From Marsupella aquatica (Eukaryota; Plantae; Marchantiophyta), in the NCBI GenBank assembly GCA_973895155.1, contig OZ316894.1, positions 24,488,709-24,552,708 of the forward strand: DNA of 64,000 bases, read 5' to 3'. Position numbers and translations under genes: made by a program. Below, piece after piece: positions 1 to 10,994 of this stretch. Below the pieces are notes generated by a model that had not been told where the DNA came from, ran no database searches, and saw only the letters and a list, made by a program, of their open reading frames with translations. Position 1 is the first letter of the stretch. Each line of letters begins with the position of its first letter.

Positions 1-6
1 TTTCAG

Positions 7-931
7 TTTTAACTGTACCATCCGAGAGACCAGGGGTGGCTGTGGTGGATCTTGTCGTCTTTCCACCTCGTTGGTTGGTGGCGGAGCACACATTTAGGCC
101 GCCGTACTTCCACCGTAATTGCATGAGCGAGTTCATGGGCCTCATCTGTGGGTCTTATGAGGTACGGTAGTTCCACGCGGCAGAATGCACGGATTGTTCA
201 GTCGTAATCAGGATGAGCTTCCTAGTTCACAGCGTCTACCCTGCAATCGAGTTTGATGTGATTTTTGAGCTGCCGGGGTTGTAAGTGATCTTTGTGAGAT
301 CGCCCAAGATCTAGTGAAAAGCGTTTGGAATGTGATGCCGCTGGAGAGGCACTGTACATTGGGTGTGATACAGGGGGAGAGGTCATTCTTAGTGCCATTT
401 CTGGCAGTGATTTGATCTGTTTGACTCCTGAACCGTTGCTTTTATTGCAGGGAAAGGCTGATGGATTTCTTCCTGGAGGTGCGAGCTTACACAACTGCAT
501 GTCTCCACATGGCGTGGACACGCCCACTTATGAGGTAATAAGACTTTTTGTACTGCAACAGAGATTTGAGGGTTCTAGACCTTTTCTTTGGCTTACTTGG
601 CCCAGGAGACAAAGGAAGATATGGACCTGCAAAGCCCGCAGGGCAGGGAAAGTACATTGTTTGGTAGCTACTTTCCATGGCTTTTACTATCCAGCTCGAA
701 TTGCTCTGACAGTCACTTGGGTGCGTCCTGGAACAGAGAGCAATTTCAGCGGATTCAAAGCCAGCCAAGATTGGTGATGACACGCTTGCTTTTATGTTCG
801 AGTCTTGTTTGATACCTCGGGTCACAAGCTGGGCATTAAACTCTCCTAAGCGTGATCTAGACTACTACAAAGGCTGGATCGGGCTTCGTTCACATTTTGA
901 CCCGACCGATGTACCCGCTGATTATGTTTAG
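7..931 (+). CDS. HGD: Homogentisate 1,2-dioxygenase, last three exons (7-161, 451-534, 737-931); 5' part lies before the window
   Basis: Spliced GT-AG translation gives [39 protein letters not shown] / [23 protein letters not shown] / [14 protein letters not shown]...[13 protein letters not shown], which carries the HGD Fe-binding His/Glu/His motifs. Exon phases are consistent and the stop is TAG at 929-931. Confidence 0.95.
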
Positions 932-1700
932 ATCAATTCGGAGGGCTCTTTACAGATGCTACGTCACGCATGTACAGTAGGTAGGAAGGACTGAGCACTT
1001 GAGAGCAAGTGACCGTACCGAGGCATTAGGTGAAATGGAACTCAAGAGAGTGGCTTCCTGGCTGCTACCCCAATGGGAATTCGCACATGGAAAGGCTTTC
1101 TGTTACTTTCGACGTTGCCCGACAACCAACTTGGAAGTTCGCCCGTGGAGAGGCTTTCTGTTATTTTCGAGCTCGAAAACGTGTCACCTGAAGAGAGCTC
1201 ATTGGTGGTTGCCAGATTCCTTCGTAACCAATAATGGAACAGATGGGGTACAAGAGACAAGTCCACAAAGGAGCAAACTCGAGGGGGGGCCAAATCACAG
1301 CAACAGTGGGAGACTTTGTTTGCCATTAAAAGCAGGCCGGGCTGGGACCTGATGAGATACAGCGATTTAATCCAATCAAGCAAGCTGGTCAATATTTTCC
1401 GTGCCAAAATGAAAAACAAGCTGTTCAATTTCTGGAGTAGGAGAGTACGTCTCTATGCAATCAGGTCTCCAAGACCTCGTTTCGATGAGATACCTTGACG
1501 CAATCTAACCTTACAAGCAGTTCACTTACTTTAGTTGGAGAGCACGAATGCATGCAAGTGAACCAGTTCTCTTAAATCGGAATGCACTAATAGACAAGTG
1601 GGCTTCTAGTAGTGCAGGTCTGCCTCCTCTTGTTCTACAGTCCCGTAATTCTATGAGACATAATCATAGTCTAAGGTGGTGTAGGTGGTAGCCATCACGA

Positions 1701-1778
1701 ATTTACCACTCTCTGTAGATAAGATGGCGAAATGGCACTATTTACCATTCTCTGTAGATAAGATGGCGAAATGGCACT
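1701..1778. repeat. 39-bp tandem duplication (1701-1739, 1740-1778), with a third diverged copy near 1860-1890
   Basis: ATTTACCA(C/T)TCTCTGTAGATAAGATGGCGAAATGGCACT occurs twice with one mismatch. Confidence 0.9.
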
Positions 1779-2199
1779 GTCCCTACCAAAGTTCTTCGCC
1801 ATCCGTCTGGATGCTGCTGTATACCAGAGGATCATTGGTCGGTGCTCCGGGCACCACTAATTTGCCGTTGTCCGTAGACAAGATGGCCCTGTCCATGCCA
1901 AAGTCCTTCATGCTGCATGTAAGAAGATCTTCTGGCCGGATGGCCTGTGCCTGGTAGGCTGGGTTGCTGGAATCGGTTTATGCACTCGAGTGCTCTAGCT
2001 TTGGCTCTTGTCATGGCTGTCCGGCCTGTCCTCTCAATATGTGCCGGGACTTAAAAGTGTTTGTTCAGACCTTGTACAGAAGTATCGTCATCTGGATATT
2101 GAATTTTTACATGCGAGCTTCATAAAGAAGCAACTGGTGTAATTGATTATGAACAATTTATTGTTGGCTTTACAACTAGAATAGGTTTTGTTAGTTCGA

Positions 2200-2900
2200 G
2201 TAAGTGCTTCGAGATCTTTGTAATTCCCAAACCCAGATCGCAGTATCATACAATTTTGTCGAACACCTTAACGAAGTGCGGCATGTGAAATTGTTGTGGG
2301 CCATTTTCCAGGGCTTCCATACCATATATGAAAGTACTCCGACTTCTGAGCAACAAGTAATCTCGTCAATGTGTGTTCAGATTGTACAAAACCCAATTCT
2401 GCATCAGTCACAAGTTTTGGGGCAACAACGAATCTCATCAATGTATGTTCAGATTGTCCACAAACTTCCACAACCAACTCTTCTTTCTCTACCAATCCTT
2501 TGTCTCGAAGTGTCGTCAACCGTCATCATGATGTATGAAGCCAGTCATGTTGCCCACCTCTGAAGACACGCACAGTTGGGAATTGGAATACCATATTGCG
2601 GTTTCCAAGAATCCGGAGATTCTCCGATGAAATCAAACAGGAGATGGAATGAGAGGGGGAGATTCTACAAACAAGTAACTTGATGACTCCAAAAGAGATA
2701 AAATGTGAGAGAACAAGTCACGAGCAAAGTGTCCTGAGACTGATCGAAAACTGGAAATCCATCTGCAAACACTTCACAACACTTTTCTGTATTTCCTGTC
2801 AGCTGATCAATAGCGACAATGTGTGCAACAGCCATTGAATCCCTCCAATCAAAACCCAAAGAAAGGTACTCGATGTGTGAATAGCTGAAACACATCTTGT
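2200..2900 (-). pseudogene. Possible decayed leucine-rich-repeat (NLR-type) gene fragment
   Basis: Frame-hopping minus-strand fragments such as FQFLISLRTL, NLPLSFHLL, SEVGNMTG and EIRCCPK resemble LxxLPxxF/LxxLxxL...C-type LRRs. There is an internal direct repeat (about 2350 vs 2425) and many stops and frameshifts. Confidence 0.3.
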
Positions 2901-3041
2901 GATGACTTTAGTCGAAGAGGTACACAAACTACTTCTCAACTTCTACCTCCTAAACATGATCTACAGGCCTCATGAGAATTTTACGAAGCCGGTGCGAACC
3001 TCACTCATCCGAGGGACATAATGTAACGAACAGTGAGCGTG

Positions 3042-3851
3042 TCAATTTGCGGATGCGGGAGAGACGGTGCCAATGAGTAAGGCGATGGGGAAAGTTACGA
3101 TACGCACTGCCTCAGAACCCCAAGCTTTCGACAGGGCCTTGACCCGGTCCTCGCTTAGAATGTCAAATCCACTTTCACGACCTCTTTGTGCAAATGACTG
3201 AGACTTCCACAGCTCCAGAAACTTGTCCAATGTCATTGGCTTTTCCATCTTGAAGAATTCCGGTTCTACCCTTCCTGCCTGATGAGCGGAGAGGGCCTCG
3301 ACGGGCTCGAACGGAAAAGAGATAGTTCTGTAAGCCTCAAACGCGTATTCGGCCCCGGGGCCCCTGTACTGTTTGAGGAGTTCATGCCATTCTTCTGTTA
3401 GTTTGTCAATCTCAGGACTCACGTTGTGCTTCGAGTAAGTCCAAGCAGCGAATACTCCTCCGGGTTTGCGAAGAACATGCTTTACGATCGGATAGAACTT
3501 TTCAATGTCGAAGTAATGAAGCGCTGTCGCAACAGTTACTAGATCCACAGATCCCTCTGCTCCAACAGCACGCTCCAGCTCTTCTGCCGATGGCGTAGCT
3601 GACAGCTTGGAGTACGTGACGGCAGGATGCTGTGCGGCAAGGGACAGCTGCGGCTCACTGATGTCTGTAGCCACCACCGACTTGTAGTGCTCGGCTACCA
3701 TGGTTGCAGCCTGGCCATTACCGGTCCCCACGTCCCAGGCTCTGTCATGCCGCTGTGTCAACGACGCTAGTCTTTCGAAAAGCGACGCTGGATATGTCGG
3801 CCTGCCTTTGGCATAGGAATCCGCCTGATTCAGAAATAGCTGTTCCGCCAT
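3042..3851 (-). CDS. Intronless class I SAM-dependent methyltransferase (Methyltransf_11-type, embryonic-abundant-protein-like), 269 aa
   Basis: Motifs YAKGRPTYP, AWDVGTGNGQA (SAM motif I), VVATDIS, SVDLVTVATALHYFD, VLRKPGGVFAAW and ISFPFEPV in an uninterrupted ORF. Confidence 0.92.
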   Translation of the reverse strand: MAEQLFLNQADSYAKGRPTYPASLFERLASLTQRHDRAWDVGTGNGQAATMVAEHYKSVVATDISEPQLSLAAQHPAVTYSKLSATPSAEELERAVGAEGSVDLVTVATALHYFDIEKFYPIVKHVLRKPGGVFAAWTYSKHNVSPEIDKLTEEWHELLKQYRGPGAEYAFEAYRTISFPFEPVEALSAHQAGRVEPEFFKMEKPMTLDKFLELWKSQSFAQRGRESGFDILSEDRVKALSKAWGSEAVRIVTFPIALLIGTVSPASAN

Positions 3852-3970
3852 CGTTACTTGATCAACTGCTCCTCTGTGTTGGATTCCTCCGTCCCGACGA
3901 AAGAAACGGCGAACAGAAATGGTGACTACACAGCGCGATGTAAGGCTTAATCTTCTATTGCCAGAGCAGT

Positions 3971-4078
3971 GCGATTGGGAAGATCGTATACACTTAACGT
4001 AACGACCAAGGCAGAACTAATTCGCGATTGGGAAGACATTTATAGGACTTAAACGTAGAGAACAAGGCAGAGCTAATT
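3971..4078 (-). promoter_or_regulatory. Duplicated ~53-bp unit upstream of the methyltransferase, with TATA-like and CCAAT words
   Basis: GCGATTGGGAAGA...CAAGGCAGA.CTAATT at 3971-4022 and 4024-4078. The minus strand of the second copy reads CCTATAAATG, about 190 bp upstream of the ATG. Confidence 0.55.
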
Positions 4079-4389
4079 ACTCATGAGACCTTAGTTCAGC
4101 TGACTGCCACAGGACAGATCCTGCTGGAAAAAGAGTGAAGAAAAGGTTGGCAGAGCTTCTTTCCGAATACCGTCAATTGGTTGGGACAACAGGTCTGGGC
4201 TGGTAAATTTCTGCAGATGTACGCCATGAACAGACGTCTACATGGACAGCAAATTCAACGTCTCTTCCTTCATAGCCATCAACAGGCATGAAACGAAATA
4301 GGATGGTTATGTTATTCTTGAAACCTCTGGCGCGGCTTTAGGCCAAAGAACTCGGTGGCACCCCGTTACTTTGTAAATCTGTGGATTGC

Positions 4390-4800
4390 TGTCGTACACA
4401 CTCCTCTGAGTTTGCGAATGACGTGACTCGCGATCGGATAGGTACACATTTGTCAGAATCGAACTTCTGTAGTGCCGCGCAACAGTACCAAATCAACAGA
4501 ACCCCCTCTACAGGCAAGAGCTCTTCTAGCAATGGCGAGGCTGACAACTTGGAATAAGTGATGTTGGGAAGGCGCGCGGCGAGAAACAATCGCAACTCAC
4601 AGAAGTTCGTAGCAACTACCGATGTCTAGGCTCGGCCACCATGATTGCAGTCTGGACGGTCTCAAGCTCGCTCATGCTGCTTTAGCAACGACGCTTTGCT
4701 ATTGGCAGAGCGAAGCCAGGTAAAGTAAGTCTCGATGAAGCATAGGGAGATTCTTTAGTGGGTCGGGAGTGCCCTGCCGAAGAGAATAGATTCACCTGTA
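4390..4800 (-). pseudogene. Degenerate tandem paralog of the SAM methyltransferase (N-terminal half)
   Basis: Minus-strand fragments YASSRLTLP, ASLLKQHERA*, AIMVAE, SVVATN, LFLAARLPNITYSKLSASPLLEEL and ALQKFD are colinear with YAKGRPTYP, ASLTQRHDRAW, ATMVAE, SVVATD, LSLAAQHPAVTYSKLSATPSAEEL and ALHYFD of the intact gene, but with stops and frameshifts. Confidence 0.8.
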
Positions 4801-5375
4801 AAGGTGATAACGTAAGAACGTCGCGTAGAGCTGGTGCAATGCTGGACAATTTTCCTGATCCAATCCCAAAGCTGTCGCGAACTGATCTCCAGACGCAAGT
4901 CTTCCTGACGTCCGATACGACGCTTGCACCATGTCTCTTCTGCTTCATGTAATGCGAGCGGAAACCTGCAATTAGTTTTTGCTGCAGGGATCCTATACGG
5001 GAGTCGCCTCATAAAGCAATTCCCTATCACTGCTCGCGTGATTTCCACCAGCGTTTCCAAAAGGGTTGCCAAGATATTTCGGTTGTGCATCCAGTGGAAC
5101 TCCGCTAACAACTTCTGCACATTCTCACAGAGAGAGGAGTTGTCCTACTGTTGTATACGCCTCAGTTTCGATGTATCAGGTGGGAAAAACAGCGATCCGT
5201 CGGCTCATCCATAAAAGACTTGTTACAGGTTCACTGCTCTGAACTAGAAAGCAGTCATCAACATGCCCCTCGATTCCTCAAAATGACAAAAGAACGCGAA
5301 GTTGGTACAAGAAGTATCATTAATTACGGCAGCAAAATGTACTTGTACTTTCCGTTCCGAAGAAGGCATCGCACA

Positions 5376-8300
5376 TCAGAGTCTTGGAAGAACCCTACAA
5401 TTCAATATGCTCTGCGCAAGAGCAGGGGGTAGCTTTCTCACTCCGTACTCCTTCAAAATGTCGGTAAACTCAACATCTTTTTGCTGTGGCAATTCTACAA
5501 CGCCCCTGGACTTCCCAGGAGTGAGAGCCATTGTTTGAAGCATAGTAGTGGCAGCCTGAGATGGTAAGGTTAAAAGCCTCACTGCATCGTGTATTGTCTT
5601 GAAAAATCCGGAAGGCCTGACACAGTACGGCTTGAAAACGAGAAACAAAGCCTGCATATCTGCAGCAAATTGCCAGCACCCATGCTCGGAAAACTTTGCA
5701 CCACTTAAAATCACCGAATTGACCAATAATTGGTCCAATTCTGTGGCCAGAGCGCGCCAAAGCTCAAAAAAAATCGCGTTATCCAGTGCTGCCCGTAAAG
5801 TCCTCAATTGACTTTGTAACAGGGCCAAGGCATCAACCAAACTCGCAGACACGTCAAATGCTTTCAAGATATTTACATGATTTTCATCCAAAAGGTCATT
5901 TTGCCTAAGACTGAGTTTCTCACGGCCTCCGATCGCAATGACATTATAGTACAAATCAAGATCGCCAACGATCTTCCCTGCTTCCAGCCATCTTTTCTTA
6001 TTGCGCAAGTATTCTCTGCAACGGGCCTCGAAACCCCTCACAATCGATGCAACAAGCCTCCCTCTCCAGTCTTGTCTGAAATATTTCAATTTTTCTATCT
6101 CTTCGTGAAAAATAGACCCCTCCAACAATTCAAAACCGTCGTCAGAATCTTCATATTTCACCTCAAGTAATTGAAGGAAGAAAATATCTTCTCCCCATTC
6201 CTGCAACGCATGCTCACAATATCGAGCTGCATTCAAGCAGGTGGCCACTTTCACCATAGAGTCTTCATCAGCAAGAGCAGTCAATGCTTCCATGTCCATG
6301 CACCGCGTCAAGAGCTCTTTCAGATATTCCCCAGCGATTGGCATCACACCAATTTCGATAAACTCGTATTGCTGCTGCGGTTCCAAAAGAGTCCGACAGC
6401 GATCAGTGACTGCAGACATGAAGGAAAGAACGAAATCAGCTCCCGAGGGAGCTAGAAAGTCTCCAATGTTGGTGACCGACGGCCCATGTGCCTCTGGGTA
6501 GCCTCCTCCTGGTAATCCAAAGGATGAAGGCGATTTACCTTTCGAACTCCAGGCTATGTCAGTCTGAAGCTCTGACCTCAGCTTTACCAGAGCATCCGCC
6601 AATTCTAACTTTGCCCAAAGTGCTAACCATTCCGGTCGGTCCGCTATAGCAGAGATAGAGAGAGTAACAGCTCCTGACAAGTTATCGAGGTTTTCACCTT
6701 TATCCTCTTCATTGGAGTCGTCTTGAAACAGGCTGAGAGCACGCATAGCGAGAGATTTCATGCGACTGTCAAAAGCAAGGGCCTGATCTACAATGTGTAA
6801 CCAAAGAGCAGCTCCAACAGACCCCACTCCACCTGCATCTTGGAGATCATTTGCTAAGCCAGACAACACATGTGTTTGAAGAAAATTAGAGACCACACCC
6901 ACTAATGAAAATATCCATTCTTCTCGTGCACTGTAACCAGCAACTTTCGCCTTGTCTATTAAAGGCTGCAAATAATCATCGATTACATCCACGAATTCCT
7001 GTGCAATTCTGTAAGCAAGCGCGAATACCAGCTCTGGTTTCGTGGTCCATCTGAGAAAGTGGGGCTCGGCCTTAGATGAAATTGGAGAAATCAACTCCTC
7101 CACCGCCCAAAGCGAAGCACGGGTAGACCTCGTCTTTCTTCGCCTTCCGTCTGCATGATAAGTAGGGAATTCGGTTCCAGATGATGAAGCTACCTCCTGG
7201 ATGGACATTTCGTACTCTTTTAATTGCCTTTCTCTCCGACCGTGCTGCACCGCCTGCAAGGTGGTCAAGGCCATAAAACTCTGGCAATACTTAAGTTCTT
7301 GATCTTCACCCATTTCTAGTAACGGATTTGCCAACTTGTCTCCTTCGCCAGAAGCGGAAGACAGGGGAGGCGGCCAGCCAATCGAGATCAAAACACCACG
7401 ATGATCACCAATGGCTGCAGGGCGGAGGATTGCAGCCACCCTATCAACTCGCAGATCGACAGCGGACACAAGGGAATTCCAATGCGCTCGTGCAATCTCA
7501 GCCACAGCATTTTCTGTACTCTGCATTCTCTGGACGGCACGAGTTATTCGAAGCGAAGCTGTCGTGCTCCCAATCTGCATTGTGCCAGTGGATTAGCTTA
7601 TGAGGAACAAAGTGGCTTCGGGATGGTTCCAGCTTTGACTCTAAACAGAAGACTGACTTAGATTCCACCTGCTTCAATGGTCGTTACCGTATGCTATAAG
7701 ATCAAATAAATTCAAAATTTGGTGTGCATTGCCTTGCCCATGCCGCCCAAGAAACTCAACGAGAGGGTGACTCGGGCAGTCATCCAATCGTCTAAAAAAC
7801 GACACAGAATCAGCTCAAACCCTAATGACAAACATAGTCCAGTTATTACCGAAAATCACCTGTGTAGTCGCGCGACCTGAGCTGGAGATCATAGCAATTG
7901 AAGCTTCCATATCACCGACTAGCTGCTCCAACTTCAGCACGCTTTCGGCGTACAATCTCATTCTCTCTACTCTGGCAACTTCGCTCGCAAGTGCCTCCAG
8001 CTCCTCGACCATCGATCTCCGCTTCAACGCAAACCCCTCACGAGTCTTCTCTGCAGTTTTCGGATTCATGATGCTTTCAATCTCTAAACTCTCCAAGTCC
8101 TCCCACGCACCACCGCTGTCCTCTCCTGTTTCCTCATTTGTAGATACAGCATCAGAAACAGAAACATTCCGGCTACTATCATCGCTCAGGTCATTCTCAA
8201 GCGCAGATACAGGCAAATTGGAGTCCCTGATGTGATTTATTTCCAAACTCAGTTGACGCAACGACCCCGTCAGCACTTCGTAATACGATATCCCGCGGGC

Positions 8301-8519
8301 AGTTGCATCCAAAACCCTTTCCTGAACTGTGCAGAACTTCTCGTCATCTCTGTCCAGCTCCGCCCGCAAACGGGCGACCAACGCAGGTGCCGACGCAAGG
8401 TCGTCCACGGAATTGAAGTTCTGGTTCAGCAGACTACACAGATACGGAGAGAGGGACTCTTTCGCCGGCAAGGCCATGATCCCAGGCCCTCCCCTCGCCT
8501 CTCCACTGTCCATCTTCAT
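5376..8519 (-). CDS. MAG2: RINT1/TIP20-family ER-Golgi tethering protein (MAIGO2-like), 2 exons: 8519-7860 and 7574-5376, about 952 aa
   Basis: Motifs LKLEQLVGDME, HWNSLVSAVDLRVDR, LISIGWPPPL, LWAVEELISPI, YSAREEWI, LNAARYCEHALQEWGEDIFF and LFLVFKPYCVRPSGFF. Phase-0 intron from CAG|GTGATT to TGCAG|ATT with a CTAAT branch-like site. Confidence 0.88.
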
Positions 8520-8884
8520 CCTCTTCTATCGCAGATCTTCCTAGACCGGACTCACAGGGTCAGTCACGTTCTCATGTTCCATCTCCACTTCAACTTTCCA
8601 CCGAATTCCGAGAAATTGGCCATCTCAGGAGCGTTTCAAGAGCTTTTTCGCTGGTGCTCGGAACGCCTCTCCGTTGCAATAACAAGCTACAGTCGCACGA
8701 GCTGCGACTGAAGAATCGCGTACACAGCAGAGGTCTGATCTACAGGTGCTTTCCGTCGATGATCGTCCCTGAATGACAGTTCTCCAGCTTCATCGATCCC
8801 TTCGTGCCCTAGCTTTTCTGTAGAGTGGAGAAATCCGCTCTTACAGAAAAGCTTCGTTCCTATGTCGAAAGAGACACTTGGCTT

Positions 8885-9475
8885 CTTTTCTTGTGTCCCC
8901 CAGAAACAGAGGCCAGAAGCGCTCATAGCTCACAACACCTTATTCTACGCTTGCATGGATTGTCTTCAACGTTATCAATTACTCAGATGATATCTTTCTC
9001 TTTTACGTTTTCTTTTGTCCCCCAACAATAGGGACCAGAAGCGCTCATAGATCAGAACACCTTTTTTGTATGCTTCTATGGGTCCTCTTCAACAATGTTT
9101 ATTACTCAGAGCATGCCGTTCTTTTACGTTTTCTTTTGTCCCCCAGAAACAGGGACCAGAAGCGCTCATAACTCACAACACCTTATTGCAAGCTTGCATG
9201 GATCCTCTTCAACGTTATTAATTACTCAGATGATATCTTTATTTTACGTTTTCTTGTGTCCCCCGAAAATAGGGACAAGAAGCGCTAATAGATCAGAACA
9301 CATTTTTTGTAAGCTTCTCTGGATACTCTTCAATTATATTTAATACTCAGATGATATCTTTATTTTACGTTTTCTTGTGTCCCCCGAAAATAGGGACAAG
9401 AAGCGACACCTTTATTGTAAGCTTGTATGGATCCTCTTCAACGTTATCAGTTACTCAGAGTATCTTTCTTTTATA
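8885..9475. repeat. Tandem array of about five 120-121 bp units with alternating A/B variants
   Basis: TTTTCTT(G/T)TGTCCCC recurs at about 8887, 9008, 9129, 9249 and 9370, each with AGAAGCG...TCTTCAA...TACTCAGA. Confidence 0.9.
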
Positions 9476-10994
9476 TGAAATGCTCGCATTTTGAGGGCCG
9501 TTTGGAGCCCTGATGGGCCTTGCCCCTGAACCATGGAGTTTGGATGGACCTAGCCCACATTATAGCTTAGTGCCATCAGGGTTCTAGCAATTACTTTATA
9601 ATTATTAAAGTTTTAACTGGTAAAATATTGTAGAGTGCTTATGAAGCCTTCAAAGAATTTTGTTATTTAAATGTTAAGAATATTCTAAGCAACGTAATTA
9701 GTGCAACACCTCTCTTCTCTGTGAATGCTCACGTTTTTTGGGGTTTTTTGGGGAAGTTAAGGCAGGATGGACCTTGCCCCCTGAACCACCCAAGTTGGAA
9801 GGACCTAGCCCACTTTATAGTCAGGAGGGGAAAATGGCGTCAAAGTGGCTAGTCGAGTTGAGGATGTTTGGAAACCTGTCTTGCTTTTGGCACTCAATAA
9901 TGTTTCCAAATGTGATCCGCCCAGATCAAAAACAAACTTACTCGATGCCCACCTAACCATGCAATCCAGACATGGCTATAAACTCAAAATAATATATTGC
10001 TTTCATATAGTTAGTAACACTTTGGGTCTCAAAAAGCTTTTTCGGTCCAACCAAGTTCGAAGGTTGTCATCATGACTCAATTATACTAATCAGGTGTGTA
10101 CAGAAAAATACATTTTGAGCGATCCCTGTCCTGATGATCACTTCACAATTATGAATAACTGCTTCCTCTCCTGCATGAATTCTAGAAGATCTGCCTGCTA
10201 ATTCCTAGTCATTCTCCTACTGCAGTCTACAAAATCTCCTGCACTAGTTGTGCAAAGGGGCATCACAGTTGTGAGAACTCTACTATGGTGAGCTTTACAC
10301 ATTCAAGGATAGCTTCAAAATGTATCTGCTGTCCTGTCCTGTACTGATCTCTTCTCGGCCTGGCTTGTCAGTAAACCTACACGCTCAATTCGAAGGCTCT
10401 TCAATGGATTCTAGTATTTAGGACTTAAAAGCAATTTGTTTGACCGAGTTGGTAGAACAAGTTGGTATTCACTATGAATCTGCACTCCGACTCATTTTTA
10501 AGGGACTGCACACTGGAACTTGGCTTTTGATAAGTTCCACCTTCGAACAAGTTGGTATTGCCTGCGAATCTTTCCTCACCTGGTTCTAGGGACTGCACTA
10601 CAGAATTAGGTAACTTGGGTTTTTGATGAATTACAGTTTTGGATGCTGCGCGTGGGCGCAATGAACTCGTTCCAACTTGTACAAACTTGAAGCCCTGTCT
10701 TATAACAAGGTGCTTAAACTACCTATAAGCCTCTATAACTCCTTTCAAGCACCAGGTTTAGAACTCGGGTCCACCTCAGTCACGGAGAAAACGGACCATC
10801 TTCTTTGATACAAGCCGCCTGGTTGTGGCTGATGCTCATGAATTAATGGATTTTTAAAGACTTTCAACACCATGTGACTTTCAGAGGATGCGACATGGCC
10901 AGAGGCGGAATACATTTTACCTTTAGAAGATGCTAAATTAACAAGCAGACTTTTCGATTCTGCTGTAAAGGAGATTGGGGCTTGGCATCGGTCT

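Noticed and set aside
7661-7670. Alternative MAG2 acceptor AAGCAG|GTG at 7668
   Set aside because: It puts exon 2 out of frame, whereas the acceptor at 7574 is in phase.
5470-8711. Antisense and alternative-frame ORFs over MAG2 (similar ones over ABCC and H2A)
   Set aside because: These are shadow ORFs of real coding exons with no independent motifs.
8885-9475. Regularly spaced repeats as a CRISPR array (also 43875-44120 and 26770-27225)
   Set aside because: Whole units are homologous with no unique spacers, there are no cas genes, and the DNA is eukaryotic.
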